Shown here in pieces: positions 18,377-27,926 of a stretch of DNA of 64,000 bases; within the stretch, counting starts at the first letter, position 1, and the number at the start of each line of letters is the position of its first letter. The notes under the pieces are model-generated. The model saw only the letters and a program-made list of their open reading frames with translations. It was not told the DNA's origin and did not search any database. Location of the stretch: contig JAGWAS010000004.1 in the NCBI GenBank assembly GCA_021296235.1, positions 91,534 to 155,533 on the forward strand. The letters are read 5' to 3'. Source of the stretch: Paracoccaceae bacterium (lineage in GTDB: Bacteria; Pseudomonadota; Alphaproteobacteria; Rhodobacterales; Rhodobacteraceae). The position numbers were made by a program, and so were the translations under genes.

Positions 18377-19786
18377 ATGAAGTACGCTAACATTGCACTC
18401 GCTGCAGCAGCCCTGTCTGTAGCGGCATCAGGTGCTGCACTGGGGCAGAAACAGTTTGAGGGCATCGAACTCAAGATGCTTGGAATCGGCGACACTTCGG
18501 TAACCCGGCTTGCACCATTGGTGGACGAATTCGAGGAACTCACTGGCGCAAAAGTCCAGATCGACCAGTTTCCGTATCCGGGCTTGATTGACAAAATCGT
18601 GATTGAGGCCAGTGCGGATACCCCCAGTTATCAACTAATGTGGGTTGATAGCCCTTGGGTTGGAGTGCTGGGCGAGTCTGGTGCCTTGGAGGATCTCACG
18701 GATCTGGCCATTCGCGACGCCGAGGAGATAAATCTTGACGACATTATCCCCATTCAGCTGCAGGAAAACACTTGGCAGGGCCGATTGTTGGCCTTTCCCG
18801 CATCAGGAATGATCTGGCACCAGAATTACCGAAAGGATTTGTTTGAGCATCCGGATGAGCAGGCTGCATTCAAGGCAAAATATGGGTACGACCTCGAACC
18901 CGCGACAAATTGGGAGCAGTATATCGACCAAGCCGAATTCTTCACCCGCACGGCTGGAGAAGTGCTGGCCGGCAATGTGCTCGAAAAGGACTTCCACGGA
19001 AATGCTCAGGCATACAGCCGCGTGGCCGGAGCGATTACACATGATTTTTTCCCGATCATGCGGAGTTACGGTGGGCAATACTGGGATTCCGAAACAGGCC
19101 TCTGCGCAATGGATCGAGAGCCATCGCTGAGAGCCGTCGACGTCATGAAACGCTTGGTTCAGTTCAACCCGCCAGACTATCTCGGTCTGATGTGGGATAT
19201 TCGAACGGGCTACATGGAACGCGGCGAAACCGCGGTGTCCAGTTACTGGTCAGTGCGCACGGTGCGGCTGACCAATCCCGAAGAGGCGCTCGTCGCAGGA
19301 ATTGGCGAAGTTGGATATGCCGCAAGTCCAACCGGTGAAGACATTCCTCAACCGACCATGACGGGAGCTTTGTCATTTGGAATCAATTCAAAGGCAACAG
19401 ATGACGAAAAGGAGGCGGCGTGGGCATTTATCAAGTGGGGGACAAGCCGGGAGATGATGCGCCGGTTTGCCGAAGAGGGGAACGGCGTATCGATGTTTCA
19501 TCGCTCCATCCTCATGGACCCGGATCTGCAGGAACGCTACCCCTACTACCAAGTCTTGCTTGATACCCAGGAACACGCACAGCGGCGGATCTTTCACCCG
19601 TTCTACGCAGACGTTGAAGAAGTGTTTGGTGTTGCACTGAACAAGTACATGGCCGGCGAAGCGGATGATCCGCAGGCGGTGCTAACCGAGGCGTGCAACA
19701 AGATAAACACGCGGCTGAAGGTCTTCCCGGTTGAATTGCGGCTTCGCTGGATTGCGGACCCACCCGCAGAAATCTTCAGCAACTGA
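18377..19786 (+). CDS. ABC transporter substrate-binding protein (family 1, CUT1 sugar type)
   Basis: Strong RBS GGAAGAGGAGAGAGAA. Signal peptide MKYANIALAAAALSVAASGAA. 469 aa, followed by two MalF/MalG-type permeases and a MalK-type ATPase. Confidence 0.85.
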   Translation: MKYANIALAAAALSVAASGAALGQKQFEGIELKMLGIGDTSVTRLAPLVDEFEELTGAKVQIDQFPYPGLIDKIVIEASADTPSYQLMWVDSPWVGVLGESGALEDLTDLAIRDAEEINLDDIIPIQLQENTWQGRLLAFPASGMIWHQNYRKDLFEHPDEQAAFKAKYGYDLEPATNWEQYIDQAEFFTRTAGEVLAGNVLEKDFHGNAQAYSRVAGAITHDFFPIMRSYGGQYWDSETGLCAMDREPSLRAVDVMKRLVQFNPPDYLGLMWDIRTGYMERGETAVSSYWSVRTVRLTNPEEALVAGIGEVGYAASPTGEDIPQPTMTGALSFGINSKATDDEKEAAWAFIKWGTSREMMRRFAEEGNGVSMFHRSILMDPDLQERYPYYQVLLDTQEHAQRRIFHPFYADVEEVFGVALNKYMAGEADDPQAVLTEACNKINTRLKVFPVELRLRWIADPPAEIFSN

Positions 19787-19802
19787 GGAATTCAGCAACG
19801 AT

Positions 19803-19838
19803 GAAGTGCCCCTGTCGAATTCTCGGCAGGGGCACTTC
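19803..19838 (+). other. perfect 12-bp stem-loop immediately downstream of the SBP gene
   Basis: gaagtgcccctg (19803-19814) pairs with caggggcacttc (19827-19838) across a 12-nt loop that contains its own short inverted repeat. No U-tract follows. It lies between the SBP stop (19786) and the permease start (19879). Confidence 0.6.
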
Positions 19839-19878
19839 AACACAAGCGCCTCTTCAAGCACGGAAGGGATAGAAGGCC

Positions 19879-20766
19879 ATGGCCTACGGCAGGACCCGCA
19901 ACCGCAAGATATTCTTGATCTTCTTGGTTCCTGCAATCGCCGTGCTGTTCCTTACGACGATCTACCCCATGATCTATGCGGGTTACCTGAGCTTCCGCTC
20001 GTACGATTTGGCCAAGCCGTTTGTTCCCCGGGTTTTTGTGGGCTGGGCCAACTATCGTGAAATCCTGACGTCAAGCGAATTCATGCACACTCTCATCGTC
20101 ACGTTCAAGTTGATGGTGATAACGCTTTCCGTACAGCTCGTGCTTGGCGTTGGAATCGGAGTGTTGACTGCCCAGCGGCTTCCCGGCATGGCGCTGGTGC
20201 GAACGCTTCTTCTAATTCCGATGATGATCTCACCGGTCATTGTCGGCTTGATTTGGCTTTTCCTGTATTTTCCGGAACTCGGCTATCTCAACTATTTCCT
20301 GAGCCTGGTCTCCATTTCGGCCGTTCCTTGGATAACCTCAACCACTTGGGCGATTTGGGCGATCGCAATCGCAGATATTTGGCAATGGACTCCCTTTGTC
20401 ATGATGGGAACTGCGGCGGCGATTCACAGTCTTTCCCCTGAGCCATACGAGGCGGCGATGATCGATGGAAATTCGCGTTGGCAGATCTTTTGGCATGTTA
20501 CGATTCCCCAGATCAAACCGGTCTTGATCAGCTTGATGTTCCTGCGCGCCATTGACGCGTTCAAACTGTACGACATCATCTTTGTCCTGACCAAGGGTGG
20601 GCCTGGGGATGCAACGGAAGTGCTTTCGATGTTCATCTACCGCCAGTCATTCACATTCTGGCGGATGGGAGTTGGTGCCGCGGCATCCTTTGTATCGCTG
20701 GCGATTGTAGTCGTACTAATTACATTCTTCTTCAAGTCCCTCAATCGCAGCCAAGAGCGAATCTGA
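19879..20766 (+). CDS. ABC sugar permease (MalF/UgpA-like)
   Basis: 295-aa membrane ORF with an EAA-type loop (EPYEAAMIDGNSRWQIFWHVTIPQIKP). Confidence 0.85.
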   Translation: MAYGRTRNRKIFLIFLVPAIAVLFLTTIYPMIYAGYLSFRSYDLAKPFVPRVFVGWANYREILTSSEFMHTLIVTFKLMVITLSVQLVLGVGIGVLTAQRLPGMALVRTLLLIPMMISPVIVGLIWLFLYFPELGYLNYFLSLVSISAVPWITSTTWAIWAIAIADIWQWTPFVMMGTAAAIHSLSPEPYEAAMIDGNSRWQIFWHVTIPQIKPVLISLMFLRAIDAFKLYDIIFVLTKGGPGDATEVLSMFIYRQSFTFWRMGVGAAASFVSLAIVVVLITFFFKSLNRSQERI

Positions 20767-20782
20767 AGGGAGCGAATGAACG

Positions 20783-21607
20783 ATGCTCAAGCCGGCAACC
20801 AGCGAAAAGCTCCTTTGCACCGTTCTCATTGCGATTGCACTTGCTGTGTTCTTGGTGCCCATCTTCATCGTTGCGGTTTCTTCGGTGAAGCCAACACCGA
20901 TCATGTTTCAAAAGCCGCCATCGTTCGTATTCGAGCCGACAGCCGACCACTACATAAATTTGTTCACGGCGCGCCCTTTCGCCAAGTTCATTTGGAATTC
21001 CTTGCTTGTGGCCTGCGGTTCGACTGCATTCAGCCTGACCTTCGGGACCCTCGCCGCCTATGCCATCAGCCGCATACGGCATCGCCGCATCAAGGATCTG
21101 GCATTCTGGATCCTGTCGATGCGCATGTTTCCCCCGATCGCGGTCATTGTCCCCTACTACATCCTTTTCAAAACTGCCGGCATACTGGACACTCCGCTGG
21201 CCCTGATCATCGTTTACTCGACGGTGAACATCCCCTTGACCACTTGGCTCATGAAAGGATTCTTCGACGAAGTTCCCGCGGCGTTGGAAGAAGCCGCGGC
21301 GGTTGACGGCCACGGGTTGTTGGCAACCTTCTTCTGGATCACCCTTCCCCTCGTTGCACCCGGTCTCGCCGTTTCTGCGGTGTTTTGTTTCATTTTCTCC
21401 TGGAACGAGTTCATTTTCGCACTGATGCTGACTGGCTCCGAGGCTCAAACGGCGACAGTCGCCGTTATGTCCTTCTGGTCGTCCGATGCGGTTCAGTGGG
21501 GCCGGATCATGGCAGGCTCGTTCATAATTGTCATTCCCGGTGTCGTGTTCGTTCTCACCTGCCAGCGATGGTTGGTGCGAGGCCTTACGATGGGTTCAGT
21601 CAGGTAA
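20783..21607 (+). CDS. ABC sugar permease (MalG/UgpE-like)
   Basis: 274-aa membrane ORF with an EAA loop (ALEEAAAVDGHGLLATFFWITLPLVAP). Confidence 0.85.
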   Translation: MLKPATSEKLLCTVLIAIALAVFLVPIFIVAVSSVKPTPIMFQKPPSFVFEPTADHYINLFTARPFAKFIWNSLLVACGSTAFSLTFGTLAAYAISRIRHRRIKDLAFWILSMRMFPPIAVIVPYYILFKTAGILDTPLALIIVYSTVNIPLTTWLMKGFFDEVPAALEEAAAVDGHGLLATFFWITLPLVAPGLAVSAVFCFIFSWNEFIFALMLTGSEAQTATVAVMSFWSSDAVQWGRIMAGSFIIVIPGVVFVLTCQRWLVRGLTMGSVR

Positions 21608-21619
21608 GGATTACCCGCA

Positions 21620-22696
21620 ATGTCCGCAATCATTCTGCGCAATCTGGTCAAGCGTTACGAAGCCGACATGGCAGTGCATGACATAAATCTGAACGTTGAA
21701 GCCGGTGAGTTTGTCGTTCTTCTGGGTCCTTCCGGTTGCGGAAAAACCACGACGCTTCGGATGGTTGCCGGATTGGAGGACGTATCGGAAGGTGAGATAT
21801 ACATTGGCGGCGAGCTGGCCAATGACCTTGCACCAAAGGATCGCGGCATTGCCATGGTCTTTCAGAACTACGCTCTCTATCCGCACATGACCGTGCGGCA
21901 GAACATGGAGTTCGCGCTCCGGCCACTCCGGCTGGACAGAGCTGAAGTAAACCGCCGGATCACTGAAACCGCCGAAATCTTGGGACTTGACGAATATCTC
22001 GCCCGGCGACCCTCGCAGTTGTCCGGCGGTCAGCGTCAGCGCGTGGCGATGGGCCGCGCAATGGTGCGAACGCCGGAAGTCTTCCTGTTTGATGAACCCC
22101 TTTCCAATCTTGATGCAAAGCTCAGAACCAAGGTCAGGTGGGAAATCGGGTATCTTCACAGGCGACTGGGCATGACCACCCTTTATGTTACCCATGATCA
22201 GACCGAAGCCATGACACTGGCCGACAAAATTGTCATCATGAGGCAAGGGCGCATTGAACAGGTTGGAACACCGGAGGAGGTGTTTGTCCGTCCGCGCAAC
22301 ACCTTTGTTGCGACTTTCATTGGCACGCCCGCCATGAACCTGGTGCCGGCCGTTTCCGCAGATGCAAATCTGCATGCCAAGGATTTTTCCCTTCCAATGC
22401 CGCAAAAGTTCAGGAACCACGTTCCGGAGGGGCTGGAGGTGCTTATCGGAATCCGTCCTTCGAACATCAACCTTGCGGATTCCGGCCCCGCAAACGTGTT
22501 TGCCGCGAGCGTCAGGGGCATTGAGTATCTGGGCACCGACGCACTTTTGGACCTCCGCGTTGGTTCGGAGGAATTGGTGGCGGAAATTCCCGCAATTTTG
22601 CGCCCCGAAGTCGATGCACAAATCCATGTGAGCTTCGACATGCAGTCCCTGCAATTGTTCGATGCGAAAACCGGTCAATCCCTGGAGTCCATTTAG
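21620..22696 (+). CDS. ABC transporter ATP-binding protein (MalK/UgpC-like)
   Basis: GPSGCGKTT, LSGGQRQRVAMGRA and FLFDEPLSNLD, plus a C-terminal TOBE-like regulatory domain. Confidence 0.9.
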   Translation: MSAIILRNLVKRYEADMAVHDINLNVEAGEFVVLLGPSGCGKTTTLRMVAGLEDVSEGEIYIGGELANDLAPKDRGIAMVFQNYALYPHMTVRQNMEFALRPLRLDRAEVNRRITETAEILGLDEYLARRPSQLSGGQRQRVAMGRAMVRTPEVFLFDEPLSNLDAKLRTKVRWEIGYLHRRLGMTTLYVTHDQTEAMTLADKIVIMRQGRIEQVGTPEEVFVRPRNTFVATFIGTPAMNLVPAVSADANLHAKDFSLPMPQKFRNHVPEGLEVLIGIRPSNINLADSGPANVFAASVRGIEYLGTDALLDLRVGSEELVAEIPAILRPEVDAQIHVSFDMQSLQLFDAKTGQSLESI

Positions 22697-22711
22697 ACAA
22701 GTGAGTTGAAA

Positions 22712-23722
22712 ATGCCGAAAGAGATAGTTTTTCGTTCGAATTCAAAGGTCGAACTTGTGGGTTACGAAGAGGAACCCTTGGGTACAGATCAGATTCGCGG
22801 TTCAACAATATGCTCGCTTGTCAGCCAGGGCACTGAGCTGGCTTGGCTGGACGGCTCTGACTTCCCCATCCGCCCGGGCTACGGCGCAGTGTTCCAAGTT
22901 GAGGAGATGGGCTCGCGGGTTGTCAATACAGAACTAGGTCAATTGAGATTTTGCATGGGTGCGCACAGATCTGCGCAACAACATCAGGAATGCCATACGC
23001 TGCCGCTGCCAAGCGGCCTGGCGGCTGAAACTGCAGTGATTGCAAGGTTGATGGCGGTTTCGGTTACCACCCTGATGACCACGAAAGCGCGTCCGGGGGA
23101 CAAGGTCGTCGTTACGGGATCTGGCCCAGTCGGGATTCTTGCTGCACACGCATTTTCAGTCGGTGGCTACGACGTATCGCTTGTGGAACCCGATCCACTT
23201 CGTCGCGAGCAGGCGGCACGCTCGGGAATTTCCCGCACGCTTGAAGCCATGCCACTCGGAGATTCCAAGATGAGGGGACAGGTTGCCCTTGTCGTCGAGT
23301 GCTCCGGAAACGAATCCGCAGTTCTGGAAGGCTGCCGGATGGTGCGCCAGATGGGCGAAGTCGTCGTGGTGGGCGTTCCGTGGCGCCAGATGACAGAAAT
23401 TTCGGCGCATGAAATCCTGAAAGAGGTTTTCTTCAACTACGTGCAGCTCCGAAGTGGTTGGGAATGGCAAGTTCCGATCCTTTCGCGGGGATTCGTTTGG
23501 GAGGAACTTCTGGAAGGCTACAACAACTCTCCACACAGCACGTTTTCCGGCTTTGCCCGCTCAATGCATTGGCTCGCGGAAGGGAGGGTAAGACTTGACG
23601 GTCTGATCCGAAAGGTGGAACCCGGCACGCCCAACGAAGCCTATGCAGCGATCAGGAAACGATCCATTCCGGAGCCCTTCATCGTTTTTGACTGGTTGGA
23701 CGGGGGCAAACCGGATGGCTGA
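22712..23722 (+). CDS. medium-chain (zinc-type) alcohol/polyol dehydrogenase family protein
   Basis: About 336 aa with a GroES-like N-terminal domain and the Rossmann motif VVVTGSGPVGILAAHAF. TTG at 22706 is an alternative start. It is the last gene of the ABC operon. Confidence 0.7.
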   Translation: MPKEIVFRSNSKVELVGYEEEPLGTDQIRGSTICSLVSQGTELAWLDGSDFPIRPGYGAVFQVEEMGSRVVNTELGQLRFCMGAHRSAQQHQECHTLPLPSGLAAETAVIARLMAVSVTTLMTTKARPGDKVVVTGSGPVGILAAHAFSVGGYDVSLVEPDPLRREQAARSGISRTLEAMPLGDSKMRGQVALVVECSGNESAVLEGCRMVRQMGEVVVVGVPWRQMTEISAHEILKEVFFNYVQLRSGWEWQVPILSRGFVWEELLEGYNNSPHSTFSGFARSMHWLAEGRVRLDGLIRKVEPGTPNEAYAAIRKRSIPEPFIVFDWLDGGKPDG

Positions 23723-23900
23723 GTTGTTGGGAGCACCAAACCGCAGTTTTGACGCGGAAATTGCAGGCCGGGGCACGAACAGCCCATCAACCGCAGACTC
23801 CCGGAATGGTCGTTTGAATAGGTTCAGGTTGAAGGAGTAACCAAAGAGAAGTTCCGCAAACATGTGAAGCCCGTAGAAGAGTTACGGGTGATTCCAACAT

Positions 23901-24287
23901 TCAAATCTGCCTTTTCCGAGAAATCCGCGGAGGTCGAAAGGACTCTGAAGTGTCCAATTTGACGGGCCGGACTGTGTTGCCCAGGCGAATTGACCCCGTT
24001 GCCGAGTTCCAGTTCCAACCGATCGGGGACGGTTCCAGCAGACGAGCCTCGAAAATGACCGGGCCGAAGCGGTGTTGTTCAATCAATTGCGCCAGCCTGA
24101 AAATATATTTCGCGATGCCCCCCTGGCGGCACAATATGATCTGGATGTTTTGCTGCTTGGCTCGAAATCAACTGGCATATCTCAGTTGCTTCTTGTGGAT
24201 TGGTGGGCACTCTTGTTTCCTCCGCGGGTTGAATTGGCTCGGCAATCCACCGGAATTCTCATTGAACGGCACACATCCCAACTCCAT
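23901..24287 (-). pseudogene. possible GNAT acetyltransferase remnant (reading frame broken at least once)
   Basis: The minus-strand frame gives ..NIQIILCRQGGIAKYIFRLAQLIEQHRFGPVIFEARLLE.., which contains an R-x-x-G-x-A acetyl-CoA loop followed by a helix. The N-terminal half is found only in other frames (MELGCVPFNENSGG..., ..EICQLISSQAAK..). Weak call. Confidence 0.25.
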
Positions 24288-24315
24288 CGGAGTGTTCTTT
24301 GTCAAATGAACAAAT

Positions 24316-24921
24316 TCAAGGGGTGGAGCGACGCAATTCAGTTGAAGAGGTATCATCGAAGGGCATTCGAATGACGGCCCAAGCCGGTGGATTCATTTCA
24401 GCCAATGCCCGGGCGGAGCCATCACAAATGCGATGGTTGGCATAGGTTCTTGCAGCAACCGAGTTCATTGAGGCGAACCGGTCCGGTCGCCTCGAGAGGA
24501 CAGCAACCGGAACTCGACCGAATATCTCGCGCCATCCCCCCCAGCGGTGGAAGTCAGCCAGGCTGTCGGATCCCATGAGCCACACGAACCTGGCCAAAGG
24601 GAATGAGGACTGCAGAAGTTCCAAGGTCTCAACCGTGCGAACTGTTCCGGTCTTTGCCTCCAAATCCGAAAATCCGACCCTTGGATGGTCCAGAATGGAA
24701 CGGGCTGCGACCATGCGATCCTGCAGCGCGGCAGGTTTCCAGGCCTTGAGCGGATTTCCGGCCGAAAAGAGCCACCAAACCCTATCCAACTCGATTTGCT
24801 TCATCGCCCACAGGGTTGCATGACCGTGGCCCGAATGCGGCGGATCAAACGACCCTCCGAAGAGACCAATTCGCAGCCCATCCGGACATTGAGGAACATT
24901 TCTGCGCAGCAATCCAGGCAT
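24316..24921 (-). CDS. nadD: nicotinate-nucleotide adenylyltransferase
   Basis: IGLFGGSFDPPHSGHGH (the (H/T)xGH motif), WWLFSAGNPLK and a C-terminal SSTELR (ISSTxxR-type) motif. Confidence 0.85.
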   Translation of the reverse strand: MPGLLRRNVPQCPDGLRIGLFGGSFDPPHSGHGHATLWAMKQIELDRVWWLFSAGNPLKAWKPAALQDRMVAARSILDHPRVGFSDLEAKTGTVRTVETLELLQSSFPLARFVWLMGSDSLADFHRWGGWREIFGRVPVAVLSRRPDRFASMNSVAARTYANHRICDGSARALAEMNPPAWAVIRMPFDDTSSTELRRSTP

Positions 24922-25055
24922 TCAACCGAATATCCGCAAATCGGAATTGGCGGTGTACAAACCCGCGGCCATGGCTGAACCTCCGGAAGATCTGTTGCCG
25001 AGCATCAACCGAAACTATAGGAAACCGCTTCCTCAAGGCAATTCCGGCAACAGAT

Positions 25056-26711
25056 ATGTCCAAGCACGAGTTCGTTTACCATATGGACGGGGTCTCGAAG
25101 ACCTATCCCGGCGGCAAAAAATGCTTCGAGAATGTCCGGCTGTCCTTCTATCCCGGCGTAAAGATCGGCGTCGTCGGCGTGAACGGTTCCGGAAAGTCCA
25201 CATTAATGCGAATCATGGCCGGTTTGGACACGGAATTCACTGGCGAAGCTCGGCCAGAAAAGGATGTGGTTGTCGGTTATTTGCCACAGGAACCGGAATT
25301 GGAGGACTCGTTGGACGCCCGGGGCAATGTCATGCTCGGTGTTTCGGCCCACCGGCAGCTTCTTGACCGCTTCAACGAGCTTGCAATGGATTATTCCGAG
25401 GAAAACGCCGAGGAGATGGCACAGCTTCAGGATCAGATTGATTCGCAAGGGTTGTGGGATCTGGATTCTCGGATCGACCAGGCGATGGATGCCCTGCGCT
25501 GTCCGCCCGATGATTCTGATGTTTCCACCCTGTCCGGCGGCGAACGGCGTCGGGTTGCACTGTGCCGACTGCTGTTGGAGGCGCCGGATCTGCTTCTGCT
25601 TGATGAACCGACTAACCATCTTGATGCTGAAACTGTTGCCTGGCTGCAGCAGCACCTGATTGAATACAAGGGCACCTGCCTGATTGTTACGCATGACCGA
25701 TACTTCCTCGACGAAATTACCGGCTGGATTCTTGAACTGGACCGGGGGCGCGGCATCCCGTTCGAGGGAAACTACTCAGGCTGGCTGGAACAGAAAGCAA
25801 AACGCCTGGCACATGAGGCGAGGGAAGAAAAATCCCGTCAAAAAACCCTGAACAGGGAGTTGGAGTGGATCCGAACCAGCCCGCGGGCACGTCAAGCGAA
25901 GCAAAAGGCTCGAATCAACTCCTACAATGAATTGGCAGGTCAGTCGGTCCGCGAACGGATCGGTCGGGCCCAGATTGTCATTCCGAATGGCCCGCGGCTC
26001 GGATCAAATGTGCTGCAGGCAGATGGGCTGACCAAGGCGATGGGCGACAAGCTCATCATGAAGGACCTGTCCTTCGAGCTTCCTCCCGGCGGCATCGTGG
26101 GTGTCATCGGAGCCAACGGAATGGGCAAGACAACCCTGTTTCGTCTCATTACCGACGAGCTTGAACCCGACTCCGGAACGATAACAATCGGCGAAACGGC
26201 CACACTTTCCTATGTCGACCAAAATCGGGACAATCTTGACGGCGGCAAGACCGTCTGGGAAGAAATTTCCGGCGGGCATGACATGATTGAACTCGGTGAT
26301 GTCGAGGTCAATTCGCGGGCCTATTGCTCATCATTCAATTTCCGGGGGACCGACCAGCAGAAACGGACCGGAATGTTGTCCGGCGGTGAAAGAAACCGCG
26401 TCCATCTCGCCAAGCTGCTCAAATCCGGTGGCAATGTCCTGCTCCTGGACGAACCAACAAACGATTTGGACGTCGAAACCCTGCGGGCACTTGAGAGTGC
26501 GATTGAGGAATTCGCCGGATGTGCAATGATAATCTCTCATGACAGGTTCTTTCTCGACCGCCTGTGCACACATGTGCTCGCATTCGAGGGTGACTCGCAT
26601 GTCGAATGGTTCGAAGGAAATTTCGATGCATACCTTCAGGACAAGATAAGAAGGCTGGGACCTGATTCGGTCGAACCGAAGCGGCTGAAGCACAGGAAAT
26701 TCGTCCGCTGA
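25056..26711 (+). CDS. ettA: energy-dependent translational throttle protein EttA (ABC-F)
   Basis: ATG at 25056 gives MSKHEFVYHMDGVSKTYPGGKK... (551 aa). It has two ABC cassettes (GVNGSGKST / GANGMGKTT, LSGGERRR / LSGGERNR) and an arm/linker of EttA length. Confidence 0.9.
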   Translation: MSKHEFVYHMDGVSKTYPGGKKCFENVRLSFYPGVKIGVVGVNGSGKSTLMRIMAGLDTEFTGEARPEKDVVVGYLPQEPELEDSLDARGNVMLGVSAHRQLLDRFNELAMDYSEENAEEMAQLQDQIDSQGLWDLDSRIDQAMDALRCPPDDSDVSTLSGGERRRVALCRLLLEAPDLLLLDEPTNHLDAETVAWLQQHLIEYKGTCLIVTHDRYFLDEITGWILELDRGRGIPFEGNYSGWLEQKAKRLAHEAREEKSRQKTLNRELEWIRTSPRARQAKQKARINSYNELAGQSVRERIGRAQIVIPNGPRLGSNVLQADGLTKAMGDKLIMKDLSFELPPGGIVGVIGANGMGKTTLFRLITDELEPDSGTITIGETATLSYVDQNRDNLDGGKTVWEEISGGHDMIELGDVEVNSRAYCSSFNFRGTDQQKRTGMLSGGERNRVHLAKLLKSGGNVLLLDEPTNDLDVETLRALESAIEEFAGCAMIISHDRFFLDRLCTHVLAFEGDSHVEWFEGNFDAYLQDKIRRLGPDSVEPKRLKHRKFVR

Positions 26712-26837
26712 ATCGACCGGGATCATTGAAGCGCAAACGCATCGTCTGTAGTTTGGCCGCCTTGACCGGAATTGTGGGGATGCACCCTGCCGATCCCGGC
26801 GGAATCTGTTGAAACGCACGTAACCGGAGTTGGGAAC

Positions 26838-27926
26838 ATGACCAAAATCGGCGTCATGCTTTGCGGCCATGGCTCAAGATCTGAAGGTGCAGTCGCCCAG
26901 TTCGCTGCCATGGCGGACCAGATGCCGAATCTGTTCCCCGACTGGCCCGTTGAACACGGATATCTGGAATTCGCCAACCCGGTGATCCGAACAGGCCTCG
27001 ACCGGCTTCGGGAGGCCGGATGCGATCGCATCCTTGCGGTTCCCTGCATGCTCTTTGCCGCGATGCATGCAAAGAACGACATTCCTTCGGTCCTGAATTC
27101 CTACGGGCGCGAGCATGGAATCAAAATTGAGTACGGACGAGAACTCGGCGTCGATCCAAAGATGATATCAGCGGCCGCCGACAGGATCAGGGAGGCAACG
27201 GCATTGGCCAATCGGGACGGCACGGCGGTTCCACCGGAGGAAACTTGTCTTGTCGTGATCGGACGCGGTGCCTCTGATCCGGACGCCAACTCCAACGTAT
27301 CGAAGATTGCCAGGCTGCTTTGGGAAGGATCGGGATTCGGCTGGTGTGAAGTCGGCTATTCGGGTGTAACGTTTCCGCTGGTTGAGCCCTGCCTTGAGCA
27401 CGCAGCCAAGCTCGGCTACCGGAGAGTCATCGTCTTTCCCTATTTCCTCTTCACCGGAGTGTTGGTCGATCGGATTTACGGATTCACCGACATTGTGGCG
27501 CGCCGTTTTCCCGGGATCGAATTCGTCAAGGCAGGATATCTGAGCGACCATCCCAAGGTGCTGGAGACCTTCGCTGAGCGGGCCAGCGAGATCCTGACAG
27601 GCAACACCTCCATGAATTGTTCGATGTGCAAATACAGGGCACAAGTGCTTGGGTTCGAAGACGAGGTCGGACTGCCCCAGGAAAGCCACCACCATCATGT
27701 CGAAGGCCAAGGGGCGGCGGCACCGGGTTCCAATGTCGCCGAGTGTCGGCTCTGTGAAGATTTCTGCACGGGCGTCTGCCGGCTCCCGGAAACCGGATCC
27801 GGGGCGCATCACCACCATCATGGGCACCATCACGGCGATGGTGCGCATCATCACCCGCCCTACCCTCACCCCGCCCATCCCCACGGTCCGGAGAGTGCCC
27901 GCCGGCACCTGAAACAGGACCATTGA
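26838..27926 (+). CDS. cbiX: long-form CbiX-type sirohydrochlorin chelatase with Cys- and His-rich C-terminal tail
   Basis: ATG at 26838 follows GGAG. Two CbiX repeats are present (GVMLCGHGSRSEGA...; CLVVIGRGASDPDAN...). The tail carries NCSMCKYR, CRLCEDFCTGVCR, HHHH and HHHHHGHHHGDGAHHH stretches. Confidence 0.8.
   Translation: MTKIGVMLCGHGSRSEGAVAQFAAMADQMPNLFPDWPVEHGYLEFANPVIRTGLDRLREAGCDRILAVPCMLFAAMHAKNDIPSVLNSYGREHGIKIEYGRELGVDPKMISAAADRIREATALANRDGTAVPPEETCLVVIGRGASDPDANSNVSKIARLLWEGSGFGWCEVGYSGVTFPLVEPCLEHAAKLGYRRVIVFPYFLFTGVLVDRIYGFTDIVARRFPGIEFVKAGYLSDHPKVLETFAERASEILTGNTSMNCSMCKYRAQVLGFEDEVGLPQESHHHHVEGQGAAAPGSNVAECRLCEDFCTGVCRLPETGSGAHHHHHGHHHGDGAHHHPPYPHPAHPHGPESARRHLKQDH

Noticed and set aside
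26712-26837. A possible cobalamin riboswitch upstream of cbiX.
   Set aside because: The spacer is only 126 nt and lacks AGGGAA, GCCACTG and any B12-box-like sequence.
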